From Clostridia bacterium (GTDB lineage Bacteria > Bacillota > Clostridia > UBA1212 > UBA1255): a stretch of DNA of 64,000 nt. Positions 18,866 to 27,901 of this stretch are shown in pieces. The DNA is taken from positions 3,099-67,098 of the forward strand of contig JBKUJR010000010.1 in the NCBI GenBank assembly GCA_046952735.1, given 5' to 3'. The notes under the pieces are model-generated. The model saw only the letters and a program-made list of their open reading frames with translations. It searched no databases and was not told the origin of the DNA. Position 1 is the stretch's first letter; each line of letters begins with the position of its first letter. The position numbers and the translations under genes were made by a program.

Positions 18866-19333
18866 AGACCCGTAATATGTGAATTGCTCTTTTGTTCTCT
18901 TTTTGCGTACCTGCTTCGGTGTAAATTTGGCACGGGCTTCTTCCTTGGATTCGAGATAAATTTTCGTTAAAGACTGAAAGAACAGATCCTTTGCCGAATC
19001 GTCAAGATTACCGCCCGCAAAGAGTGTAGAAACACGGGAAAGAATATCTGTTGCCTCTTTCACACCTTTGTATCCGTATTCGTTTTTTGCATTGGCAATG
19101 AAGATATCGTGATCGATGTCTTTGGTTGTATCAGTTTCTTCTTCATCTAAAAGATATCCCACGGATACCTGCAGCGCCTCTGCCAGTTTACGAATATTAC
19201 CGATGCGCATCAGAACACCTGTTTGTTCATAGGAATATAAAGAACGCTCAGAAATACCGGTCATCTCTGCAACCTCACTTTGTGATAGGTTCAGTGCAAG
19301 TCTTGCGTTTTTCAGTTTCTCGCCAAATGTCAT
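18818..19333 (-). CDS. XRE-family HTH transcriptional regulator
   Basis: N-terminal HTH (LNLSQSEVAEMTGISERSLYSYEQ). Confidence 0.7.
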   Translation of the reverse strand: MTFGEKLKNARLALNLSQSEVAEMTGISERSLYSYEQTGVLMRIGNIRKLAEALQVSVGYLLDEEETDTTKDIDHDIFIANAKNEYGYKGVKEATDILSRVSTLFAGGNLDDSAKDLFFQSLTKIYLESKEEARAKFTPKQVRKKRTKEQFTYYGSLQIYILKGAYIDYIY

Positions 19334-19502
19334 AAAAATGCGTAAATTACTTTATATTGTTGTATTATAGATATCTCGACAGATGAAAATAAGTATGCTA
19401 TAATAAACAAAAATTAGGTTATTCTTAGTTGAAGGTGACTTATTTATGAACGGAGATCCTTTTTAGCTTAGTTGTGATAAATTATAATAGATTTAATTTT
19501 TG

Positions 19503-19540
19503 CGCAAAGTCCTTTTTTGAGGGGGACTTTGCGCTTTTTT
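19503..19540 (+). terminator. orphan rho-independent terminator hairpin
   Basis: GCGCAAAGTCC...GGACTTTGCGC followed by TTTTTT. No intact gene lies upstream on this strand. Confidence 0.35.
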
Positions 19541-19723
19541 ATAGTGTAGAAATAGAATGGATGTGATGATCTGTGTTATGTGTAAACGAGAATATCTTTA
19601 AATCAATATACGGTAATTATTCAAATGATATTTCATATGAGCAGTTTGCTGAAAAACATCATATAGCCAATTATGTTACATCGAATAGGAAGTCTGATAC
19701 CGTAAATAGGTGTATATATGTAA

Positions 19724-20221
19724 AAAAGCAATCTATACGCATTAACACTTAAAGAAAATATTTTTTTAAATGGATTAGATGAAAGAATTACTGACGGTGA
19801 GCTTGATGAATTGTTTTCTATGGTAGATTTAAAAATTCCCCAACATGGTTATGGTATGCCAGTCACCAAGGAGTTTGAAGAAGAAGGTTTAATGTTTTCC
19901 GGAGGAGAAAAGCAAAAGATATCTCTGGTAAGATCACTGACGCGACATTATCCTTTAATAGTTTTAGACGAGCCAACCGCCAGTTTGGATCCTATTTCTG
20001 AAGGCAAGTATATTGACGCTATTTATAATTCTTTTGATGATTCGACCGTTATTATGATTGCACATCGTTTATCAACGATCAGGAATTTTGATAATATTTT
20101 GGTGTTGGATAACGGAAGGATAGTCGAAAGCGGAACTCACGATGAATTAATGAAGAAGCATGGAATGTATTACACTATGTTTATGAATCAGGCAAAGGGG
20201 TATGAAGATGACGTCAAATAA
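19724..20221 (+). pseudogene. ABC exporter nucleotide-binding domain, C-terminal fragment (5' truncated)
   Basis: The open frame begins immediately after an in-frame stop at 19721. It encodes the Q-loop to H-loop portion: LSGGEKQKISLVRSL, LDEPTASLD, IMIAHRLSTI. The Walker A region and transmembrane domain are absent. Confidence 0.6.
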
Positions 20222-20954
20222 GGTATATCTGCGGGATATAAGATTTTCAAAGAAAAATCCCGGCGAAAATTATTGGTGCTGCTTACCGTTTTATCGGGAA
20301 TTAATATCAGGAAAGAAGATTTCTTTTAATACGCCCGTCACTTTTTTTATAGGAGAAAACGGTAGCGGTAAATCAACCTTGATAGAAGCTATTGCTGTTG
20401 CAATGGGATATAACGCAGAAGGGGGGTCTAAAAATTTTAATTTTAGCACGAGGAACACCACTTCAATGTTGTATGATGAACTTCAACTTAGTAAAATTGC
20501 TTACGAGAGTGATGGATTTTTTTTGAGGGCTGAGTCGTTTTATAATGTAGCGACACACATTGATGATCTTCGAATAAATATTGATAATTATGGGGGAAAA
20601 TCATTACATAATCAATCACATGGGGAGAGCTTTTTAGCATTAGTTCAAAATCGATTTCGCGGAAATGGTTTTTATATTCTTGATGAGCCGGAAGCTGCAT
20701 TATCACCCATGCGACAATTAACGTTGCTTATCGAAATAAACAATTTGGTGAAAAATAATTCTCAGTTTATAATTGCAACGCATTCTCCGATACTGCTTGC
20801 ATATCCTGGAGCGCAGATTTATAATTTGGACTCCGGAATTGAAAGGATAGATTATGCTGAAACTGAACATTATAAAATGACAAGAGATTTTCTTGATAAT
20901 CCGGATATATTTATTAAGAGATTATTTGATTCCGATCTCCCTACTGATAAATGA
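20202..20954 (+). CDS. stand-alone ABC/SMC-type AAA ATPase (AAA_15/21-like), 250 aa
   Basis: Walker A FIGENGSGKSTL, signature-like NQSHGES, Walker B ILDEPEAALSP and H-loop IATHSP. There is no transmembrane domain. Its start overlaps the ABC fragment by 20 nt. Confidence 0.65.
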   Translation: MKMTSNKVYLRDIRFSKKNPGENYWCCLPFYRELISGKKISFNTPVTFFIGENGSGKSTLIEAIAVAMGYNAEGGSKNFNFSTRNTTSMLYDELQLSKIAYESDGFFLRAESFYNVATHIDDLRINIDNYGGKSLHNQSHGESFLALVQNRFRGNGFYILDEPEAALSPMRQLTLLIEINNLVKNNSQFIIATHSPILLAYPGAQIYNLDSGIERIDYAETEHYKMTRDFLDNPDIFIKRLFDSDLPTDK

Positions 20955-21681
20955 AATGAGGTTTGCGGTTCAGCAGTTATAGTGAGTAATCATCATGATG
21001 TCATGGATTTGAGCCATGTCTGGGGAGCCAGGATTATTCATATCGGAATATGTAATATGCACCAGTAACGAAAACCTTGAAGATGAAAAGTCAGTAAGCA
21101 AAATTATCAGTTTGATTTGTTGACAGATGGGTAGCGCAAAAGCGTTACATTGAATTTTAAAAAAATTTTTTTATTTAAAATTTTTTCACACCCATTGACA
21201 AAATTCAAAAATCACCCCATATTATATATGAACCTTAAATTTATGAAGGAGAAATTCGAGATCAGTTTCAGCGAATCCGTATGGGATGCGCCCGAGCTGT
21301 CTTTGTTTCGACTTCAGGGAAAGGTTGAAATAATCGGCTTTGCGGACGCTTATCCTAACGGACAGGCGTCTTTTTTGTTCCTGCGGATCCGGCTTTTTGT
21401 CGGAGGAGTAATCGGACGACGATACGCTGTGACTGTCAGAATAATATATTTTGGAGGATTTATGGAACAATACGTAATCAATCGGATTACGTATGCTGCT
21501 TCCTATGAATTCCTCAAAAGATTTGTACGCAAAAACAAACTGAATATGAAACAGCTTGAGGATATAAGTATAGTGATGGCTGACTATCAAGTATGCGATC
21601 CTATCCTTTTGCATCATTGCGGGAACCCAGATAATCCGTATAATGGAGACAACTCCAAGATGCGAAAGGGGACAGGAAAAA

Positions 21682-22001
21682 ATGATGAGCAAAACAGTTC
21701 AGATCATCAAAGCAAACAAAGCGTCTGCCAAGGATGTATTGCGCGTTGCGGCATACTGCCTAGTACAGACTCAGAGGATCAGGTGAATTCCTTTATTGCG
21801 CAGATGCACTATTATTACAGTTTTATTCATCAAGCAGAAAACATGACGCTTGTAGATATTTATGCCGACGATAGTGTGTCTGGCAGACTAAATCCAATGA
21901 ATACTATTAGTTTAGGCTTTGGCGGTTTCCCCGCTAAAGCGTCGGTCGTGTTTCGGCGTTTTACAGTCTTGCAAGGGAATGTGTGCGGGTTCTTTGTGTA
22001 A
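21682..22001 (+). pseudogene. large serine recombinase N-terminal fragment (frameshifted)
   Basis: MMSKTVQIIKANKASAKDVLRVAAYC then, after a frame change, STDSEDQVNSF...DIYADDSVSG. This parallels the AAYCRVSTDDEDQFNSY...GIYADEGITG segment of the copy at 33975. Confidence 0.5.
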
Positions 22002-22175
22002 GCTTAGCCTGAAAACACTCCCCGGCTTGCCCCCGGATTTCTTCACCGCATATATCACATCATATCCTTGCGTTATCATAAAATATTCGTCAAGATCACC
22101 CAGTGTTTTTCAGTAATTATTCTTTGAAATCTGCGTTGTAAATAGATAGGAGCCATTTTTCTGTAAAAAACAAAA

Positions 22176-23022
22176 GAGATATGGTAATGTTAGCAATTCA
22201 AAGCCTTAGACCGGAGCCGTAGGCGGAGGGAGAAGGCTTTGAATTGCGGCGCGCTTATACCGACAGCTTTTCCCTCAGCAATTGAATCGGACTTTTTCCG
22301 CCGAGTGTACGCATGGTCTTATTATTACTCCACCGCAAATGTCCCTTGAGCTTTTCATTCAGTTCATCCACGTTTCTGAATTTCTCCCAGTCGTAGAAAT
22401 AACGCTGGTCATTCCTATGGCTGCGCTCGACCTTTCCGTTGTGCCAAGGTGTTCTCGGCGGAATCAGAATATGCGCTATACCGCATTTCTCAAGCAGCTT
22501 ATCCATCGGGCTTTTTTCTGTGTCGCTTATGAACTTGCAGGTAAACTCCGTTCCGTTATCGGTCTGTATTGTCTTGATTTTAAACGGAAATACTTTATTC
22601 TCCGGTGTATGCTCCTCAAACCCATATACAAAGCGAATCCGCGTACATTCATCTATGGCTGTCCACTGGTATAAACGCTTTCCGTCTCTGCGCAATTCTC
22701 CATGCAAACAGTCATATGGACTTCCTTTACGTCAATTTGAACCTTTTCGCCGGGAAAAAGCAGCTCCGGATAACGTTTCAGATTAGTGAGCGGCTGCTTT
22801 TTCTTTTTCGTTTCTGCTCCCAATCCGACCCTTTTGGCCGCATACACCATTCCGCTGAAACTGCGGCTATATCCGGCTTGTAAAACTTTTTCCTTTTCTT
22901 AATGAAAGTTTTTCTACCGCTTGCCGTTTCCTCGCTTCCTGTGTTATAATATTTATGGGAAGTTTCTCCTTGATATGGTTTTTGGTCTTATAATGATTCC
23001 ATTATACCATATCTTTCGAGAG
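22176..23022. mobile_element. internally deleted IS element remnant (rve/DDE transposase) with imperfect terminal inverted repeats
   Basis: A GC-rich block inserted in AT-rich DNA. Terminal repeats AAAGAGATATGGTAATG (about 22182) and the reverse-complement of CATTATACCATATCTTTC (about 23002) share the core AGATATGGTA. The body is only about 0.85 kb, so it is deleted. Confidence 0.45.
22255..22883 (-). pseudogene. DDE-type (rve integrase core) transposase, frameshifted
   Basis: QTDNGTEF...WHNGKVERSHR DDE core at 22255-22707. An upstream piece (EKVQIDVKEVH) lies in another frame at 22653-22850. Confidence 0.6.
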
Positions 23023-23093
23023 TCTTCCTCTCTTTTTGGGTCATATCATTTTAGTACATACAGTTTTTCGGCAAGTATTTTTTAACATGCATT

Positions 23094-23123
23094 GACAATT
23101 ATGGAAGATTTGTGATATCATGC
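23094..23123 (+). promoter_or_regulatory. putative promoter of the peptide-modification cluster (TTGACA, 18 nt spacer, TG-a-TATCAT extended -10)
   Basis: TTGACA at 23094 and an extended -10 TGATATCAT. A leader of about 270 nt follows. Confidence 0.4.
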
Positions 23124-23397
23124 ATTTAAGCTAAATACTAGCTTTCTGTGCTGAATTAATCGCAGGGAGAAACCTGATTATGACATACCGAACCGACAGC
23201 AAGAGTCTTGCTTATTCCTCTGGATTCATACATCGATTTGACGATGGATTACCGCCGTTATGTTTTTCTGTGTTGCAAAATATTTTTGCAAAAAGCGCAA
23301 AGCGTCCGCTAGGAGATGGCTTTGCGCTTTTGCTTTTGAACATAAGAATTTTATATATTGGTTTATACGTGCTTCGGAGTTTGTAGATACCCTGTAA

Positions 23398-24261
23398 TTG
23401 GGCGATTTCGCAGTATTAGAAATGAGGCTTAAAATGTTTTATTCATTTTATAAAAATGCCGAATATAGTATGGAAGATGATTTGCGTTATCTAAAGCTAT
23501 ATTCCGATTATGATCATGCAGAAAACGGGCAAACACAAGATGTTAATTTCACATTTGATACCAAATCGCTAGAATTGATACAAATTAGAGACACTTGGAA
23601 TATTGATGACGTTATGGGGTTAGGTACGGAGCTTCAGAGAATTGTCAAATTGAAAAAATGGGCTTTCGAGTTATTATGTTTTAGTGGGAAAAAACTTGAA
23701 AGTAGGCATTACGAAACGCTTAATTGTTTTGAAACTATTCAATCAGCAATAAGTGAAGGTTATTCATTGAATTGTAGATATATCTCCCTTATTTTTACAC
23801 AAATATTATTAGCTGCAGGATTCAAAGCGAGATGGGTATCTTGTTTGCCTATGGAGTTAAATTACTGTGAGTGTCATTGTGTTTCCGAAGTATTTATTGA
23901 GGAATATAGAAAATGGATCGTTGTAGATGTTGCATTAAATGTTTTGTATTTTGATAAGAAAGGAAGTCTTCTTAATTTATATGATATAAGGCAGCATGTA
24001 CTAAAAAATGAGCCGTTTAGAATACAATCAACAACAAAAGAACATTTTCAATATGTTTGGGAATATTGGATAAGGCATGTTTTTAGATTTAAATTCCTTT
24101 TAAATAACAAATACAATATGTTGGCATCAAGCAATAAAACATTTGTATTTTTAAACCCAAAAGGGTTTGTTGTAAACGATAAAGAAATAATTCATTCAGA
24201 GAACGACACTACGAAATTTATACATTTTTATAATGATAAATTATTTTGGAAGGGGTCTTAG
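23398..24261 (+). CDS. transglutaminase-like superfamily enzyme (papain-like Cys-His-Asp), putative peptidase
   Basis: NCRYISLIFTQILLAAGFKARWVS matches the Transglut_core Cys motif (G.C..FA..F..L.R..GIPAR.V). CHCVSEVFIEEYRKWIVVDVA supplies the His and Asp. The true start is probably the ATG at 23422 or 23434; the track starts at a TTG at 23398. Confidence 0.7.
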   Translation: MGDFAVLEMRLKMFYSFYKNAEYSMEDDLRYLKLYSDYDHAENGQTQDVNFTFDTKSLELIQIRDTWNIDDVMGLGTELQRIVKLKKWAFELLCFSGKKLESRHYETLNCFETIQSAISEGYSLNCRYISLIFTQILLAAGFKARWVSCLPMELNYCECHCVSEVFIEEYRKWIVVDVALNVLYFDKKGSLLNLYDIRQHVLKNEPFRIQSTTKEHFQYVWEYWIRHVFRFKFLLNNKYNMLASSNKTFVFLNPKGFVVNDKEIIHSENDTTKFIHFYNDKLFWKGS

Positions 24262-24265
24262 TTAT

Positions 24266-25573
24266 ATGTTTAAACAATCTAAATTTAATTACACTTGTAA
24301 AAATGATGATGGCGAATTGCTTATATATAATACATATATTGGTGCCAAAAGCATGTGTAAAATCAGAGATTTATTATTACAAGATACGTTCTTAAATAAC
24401 ATTTCAATTGAAAATGAATCAGTTCTTTCAAGCTTGTTATCAAGAGGTGTTTTGGTAAATGACGATTTAGACGAGAATTTGAAGCTAAAAAATCTTATTC
24501 ACAAAATACTATCTCCTTCTGATTTAAAACTTGTTATTAGTCTTACTGAGCAATGTAATTTTTTATGTAAGTATTGTTATGAATCGCATAACAAAATAAA
24601 GCTCACTTCAGATGTAAAATACAATATAGTGAATTATATAAGGCATAACATACACAAATTTACAGATTTAAATATAACTTGGTTCGGCGGCGAGCCACTA
24701 CTTGCACTTGATGATATAATAGAAATGTCGCAAGAATTTATAAAAATATGTACTTTTAACAGAAGAAAATATACAGCTTCAATGACTACTAATGGCTATT
24801 TATTGGATGTAGAAATATTTAAAGAACTCTTGCGTAACAGAGTCTGGGCATATCAGATAACCCTTGACGGCACAAAAGAGCTTCATGACAAGCAACGTCC
24901 AACTGTAGGAGGCAAACCTACATTTGATACTATTGTAAAAAATCTTGAAGAAATTAAAAAGTTGAAAAATCGAGATTTTCACATTGTTATCCGTTCAAAT
25001 CTTACGAGCGATATATTTAATCATTTAGACGAATATATGGAATTTATCTCTTATCTTTGCGGCGATGATAACCGTTTCTCTTTATCAGTTTGTTATGCCA
25101 GCGAGTGGTCTGATAATATCGATAAAGATTTCAAGGATACGTTTATTAATAACCGTAACAACATTTTTCCATTATATGAAAAATTTCTAAAATGCAAAAG
25201 TCAAATTAATTTTGCTTTTTTATTAAATCCTGAAGATGGAGCATGTGAACTGGGACGTGATAATAGGTTTTTTGTTCGTCCCAACGGAGAATTACATAAG
25301 TGTTCTGTGGGATTTGAGAATAAAAAAAATATCATTGGCGTATTTTCCGGCAATCAAATTACGCTTAGTGATAACTATTATGAAAAAATAATAGATCCAA
25401 GTATGTGCAGCAATTTTGAAAGTTGTTTCTTTGCTCCTATATGCAAAGGCGAAGTCTGCCCTGCGGTGCGAAGTGAAAAAAATACTAGTTGCCCCGACTC
25501 GAAAAATCACCTAAGTTACATACTTCGTTTATTAGACAAATCGAATCAGATTGTCCGTATTGATGAAAAATAA
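24266..25573 (+). CDS. radical SAM/SPASM-domain peptide maturase
   Basis: CNFLCKYC is the CxxxCxxC radical SAM cluster motif. A C-terminal SPASM-like Cys cluster follows (CELGRD...HKCSVGF...MCSNFESCFFAPICKGEVC). RBS GGAAGGGG precedes the ATG at 24266. Confidence 0.85.
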   Translation: MFKQSKFNYTCKNDDGELLIYNTYIGAKSMCKIRDLLLQDTFLNNISIENESVLSSLLSRGVLVNDDLDENLKLKNLIHKILSPSDLKLVISLTEQCNFLCKYCYESHNKIKLTSDVKYNIVNYIRHNIHKFTDLNITWFGGEPLLALDDIIEMSQEFIKICTFNRRKYTASMTTNGYLLDVEIFKELLRNRVWAYQITLDGTKELHDKQRPTVGGKPTFDTIVKNLEEIKKLKNRDFHIVIRSNLTSDIFNHLDEYMEFISYLCGDDNRFSLSVCYASEWSDNIDKDFKDTFINNRNNIFPLYEKFLKCKSQINFAFLLNPEDGACELGRDNRFFVRPNGELHKCSVGFENKKNIIGVFSGNQITLSDNYYEKIIDPSMCSNFESCFFAPICKGEVCPAVRSEKNTSCPDSKNHLSYILRLLDKSNQIVRIDEK

Positions 25574-25586
25574 GGAGTTAAAAATT

Positions 25587-25841
25587 ATGGATAAATCATT
25601 GATAAGAAATAATATTATTCAAGCCTTAGCAAAAGTTTTTATCTTTGTTGACAGCGCCGAAAATGAAGATGTTGATTTGGAAACATATATTGATGATTCT
25701 ATACAATTTATGTCTTTCATAGTTGAATTAGAGCAAATTTTCAATATCGAGTTTCCACCTGAATTGTTATTGTTTGATAATTTCAAGACCATCAATAACA
25801 TATCCTTAATTATAGAGGAGATGTCAGCATTAGATGCCTAG
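25587..25841 (+). CDS. acyl/peptidyl carrier protein-like (PP-binding) small protein
   Basis: An 84-aa protein with an ACP helix-2 signature around a Ser (YIDDSIQFMSFIVELEQIFNIEF). Strong RBS AAGGAG 9 nt before the ATG at 25587. Confidence 0.6.
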   Translation: MDKSLIRNNIIQALAKVFIFVDSAENEDVDLETYIDDSIQFMSFIVELEQIFNIEFPPELLLFDNFKTINNISLIIEEMSALDA

Positions 25842-25903
25842 TAATATTAGCCACAGGGCACTTTGTGTTAATATGATTATTCTCGAGAAAGGAGGATGCT
25901 GTT

Positions 25904-26035
25904 ATGACAAAAAAAGTCAAACTAAAAAAGCCGCAAGTCAAGAAAGACGATAAAATCTTGACTCTGTATAGCACGGAAACGAATGGCGTTGATTCATGCT
26001 GCCCAAGCGGTCAGAGTGGAAACTGCACCTGCTGA
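25904..26035 (+). CDS. candidate RiPP precursor peptide, 43 aa, Cys-rich C-terminus (not in the ORF track)
   Basis: RBS GGAGGA sits 7 nt before the ATG. Translation: MTKKVKLKKPQVKKDDKILTLYSTETNGVDSCCPSGQSGNCTC. It has a Lys-rich leader-like N-terminus and four Cys in the last 12 residues. It lies directly downstream of the rSAM/SPASM and carrier genes and is followed by a terminator. Confidence 0.55.
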   Translation: MTKKVKLKKPQVKKDDKILTLYSTETNGVDSCCPSGQSGNCTC

Positions 26036-26062
26036 ATTACTTAAATAAGTAAAATCCAAAAC

Positions 26063-26100
26063 CGCCTATATAGTAAAGTGCCTTACTATATAGGGCTTTT
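26063..26100 (+). terminator. intrinsic terminator/attenuator after the precursor peptide
   Basis: A roughly 15-bp stem GCCTATATAGTAAAG/CTTACTATATAGGGC followed by TTTT. Placement after the peptide is typical for high peptide-to-enzyme expression ratios. Confidence 0.5.
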
Positions 26101-26119
26101 GGTAGAAAGTAAGAAAGAA

Positions 26120-27901
26120 ATGAAAAAGTTAACCATATTTTCCGAATTACTACGATATGCATGGAAAAATCACAAATCACTTGTATTTGTGATTGTGTTT
26201 GAAAATATATTCTCCGCTACGCTTCCTCTAATAAACGTAGTTGGTATCGGCGTTATTATAGACGCTTTAACAAATGGACTCAGTAATAAAGCAGTGATGA
26301 ATATAATTTTAATGTTTACTGCATTGAATTTAGGCGTTTCATTGATAAAATATGTTTTAACATATTTGCATAATATAGCGGCACGAAAAGCGTCGGATAA
26401 AATTCAATATGATTATATGCGAGATGGGATTATCGTAAATTATCACTGGGCGCAGGACGGTTCTGTTCTTGATATGAAAAAGAAGTCAATGGGAGCTAAT
26501 CCCGTATTCGTATTTTCGCATATTGGAAACTTTATTGATTATATAGTAAAATTTGCCGGTATCCTATTTATTTTTTCAATGCTCAGTCCGCTGTTTATAA
26601 TTATGATTTCTGCTACATCGGCAATTTCAATCGTAATAACATTTAAAATACGGAAACTTGATTTTGAATTTGAAAATGAACGCACAGAAGATTCTCGCAA
26701 ACTCGATTATCTCTATAATCTTATGACACGGTATGAATACGCAAAAGAGGTCAGAATAAATAATTTAAAGCCTCTGATTATACACAAAAATGCTGGTATT
26801 ATCGCTACTCAATTAGTGAAACTTAAAAAATTTATGCGGTTAAAACTGCGTTTTGATAGTCTATCCGCTGTTGTTGCGGTAGTACAATCAGTTATTATGT
26901 ATTCGTATTTTTCTTATCGTGTTTATATCGGCAGCCTGACTATAGCTGATTACTCTGTTCTGCTGGGAGCTGTGGCGTTATTGACGTCTATTTTGATTGG
27001 TTTTTTTGATAATATTGCCGTTATAGACAGAATGACGGCTCGTATGGATATATTCCTTAAGTATAAAAAATGGGTACGTGAGAACAGCGATATTTTCGCT
27101 ACAAATGAAATACCTCAAAGCGTAATTGATGAAAAGCATAATCAAATAAATTTTGAAAATGTAAGCTTTATTTATCCAAATACCGATATTTCAATACTTC
27201 GTAATTTGAACTTTGTTTTGAAAGATGGGCAGAAAGTCGGAATTGTCGGATTGAACGGTTCCGGCAAGACAACGCTTGTTAAACTTCTTCTTCGCCTTTA
27301 TACGCCAACACAAGGGAAAATACTTCTTAACGGTATTGATATTAACACAATTCCCCTTGAACAATATTTAAAGCGGATTGGCGTGGTTTTGCAGGATTTC
27401 AACATTTTCGCATATTCAATTAAAGAAAATGTCGTTTTCGATAACAATGTTAGCGAAGATGTACTCAACAACGCTATTGAAAAAAGCGGCTTTGCGGGGA
27501 AAGTGGCAAGTTTAAAGGACGGCGTTGATACAATTCTATATAAAGAGCTTGATGAAAACGGGATAGAACTTTCCGGAGGTGAAGGGCAAAAATTAGCGCT
27601 CGCACGCGCACTCTGTAAAGATACCGGAATTTTAATCCTTGACGAACCGACTTCCACTCTTGATCCTATTGCCGAATACGAAATGTTTTCAAGTTTACAT
27701 GACATTTCAGAGGGAAAGACTACAATATTCATTTCCCATAGGCTTTCATCGACTAAATTCTGTGACCGTATTTTTGTGATTCAAGACGGAGTTATTGCTG
27801 AAGATGGTTCTCATAGCGAGTTGATGGCACAAGGCGGGTTATACGCCGATATGTTTGAATCTCAGGCAAAATTTTATAGAGAAAATGGTGTGCTATTATG
27901 A
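26120..27901 (+). CDS. ABC exporter, fused permease-ATPase (no C39 peptidase domain)
   Basis: An N-terminal six-TM domain followed by a nucleotide-binding domain with Walker A GLNGSGKTTL, signature LSGGEGQKLALARAL and Walker B ILILDEPTS. Confidence 0.85.
   Translation: MKKLTIFSELLRYAWKNHKSLVFVIVFENIFSATLPLINVVGIGVIIDALTNGLSNKAVMNIILMFTALNLGVSLIKYVLTYLHNIAARKASDKIQYDYMRDGIIVNYHWAQDGSVLDMKKKSMGANPVFVFSHIGNFIDYIVKFAGILFIFSMLSPLFIIMISATSAISIVITFKIRKLDFEFENERTEDSRKLDYLYNLMTRYEYAKEVRINNLKPLIIHKNAGIIATQLVKLKKFMRLKLRFDSLSAVVAVVQSVIMYSYFSYRVYIGSLTIADYSVLLGAVALLTSILIGFFDNIAVIDRMTARMDIFLKYKKWVRENSDIFATNEIPQSVIDEKHNQINFENVSFIYPNTDISILRNLNFVLKDGQKVGIVGLNGSGKTTLVKLLLRLYTPTQGKILLNGIDINTIPLEQYLKRIGVVLQDFNIFAYSIKENVVFDNNVSEDVLNNAIEKSGFAGKVASLKDGVDTILYKELDENGIELSGGEGQKLALARALCKDTGILILDEPTSTLDPIAEYEMFSSLHDISEGKTTIFISHRLSSTKFCDRIFVIQDGVIAEDGSHSELMAQGGLYADMFESQAKFYRENGVLL

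Noticed and set aside
21150-21681. N-terminal two-thirds of the 283-aa ORF 21150-22001 and the antisense ORF 21222-21692
   Set aside because: Only the 3' part (21682 onward) carries recognisable serine-recombinase motifs, and in a different frame at first. The upstream portion has no RBS or motifs and probably reads through intergenic or decayed DNA.
23180-23386. The 68-aa ORF upstream of the cluster as a protein-coding gene or a second precursor peptide
   Set aside because: It has an RBS but contains a strong terminator-like hairpin inside its 3' half, has no Cys-rich core, and has a hydrophobic junk-like tail. It is more likely a leader/attenuator element, and is reported as a regulatory finding instead.
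25587-25841. Reading the 84-aa protein as a PqqD-like RiPP recognition element
   Set aside because: The sequence has the ACP helix-2 DSxxF(M/I)...ELE..F signature around a Ser, not the PqqD wHTH pattern. A second, similar carrier-like gene at 32444 supports a PP-binding assignment.
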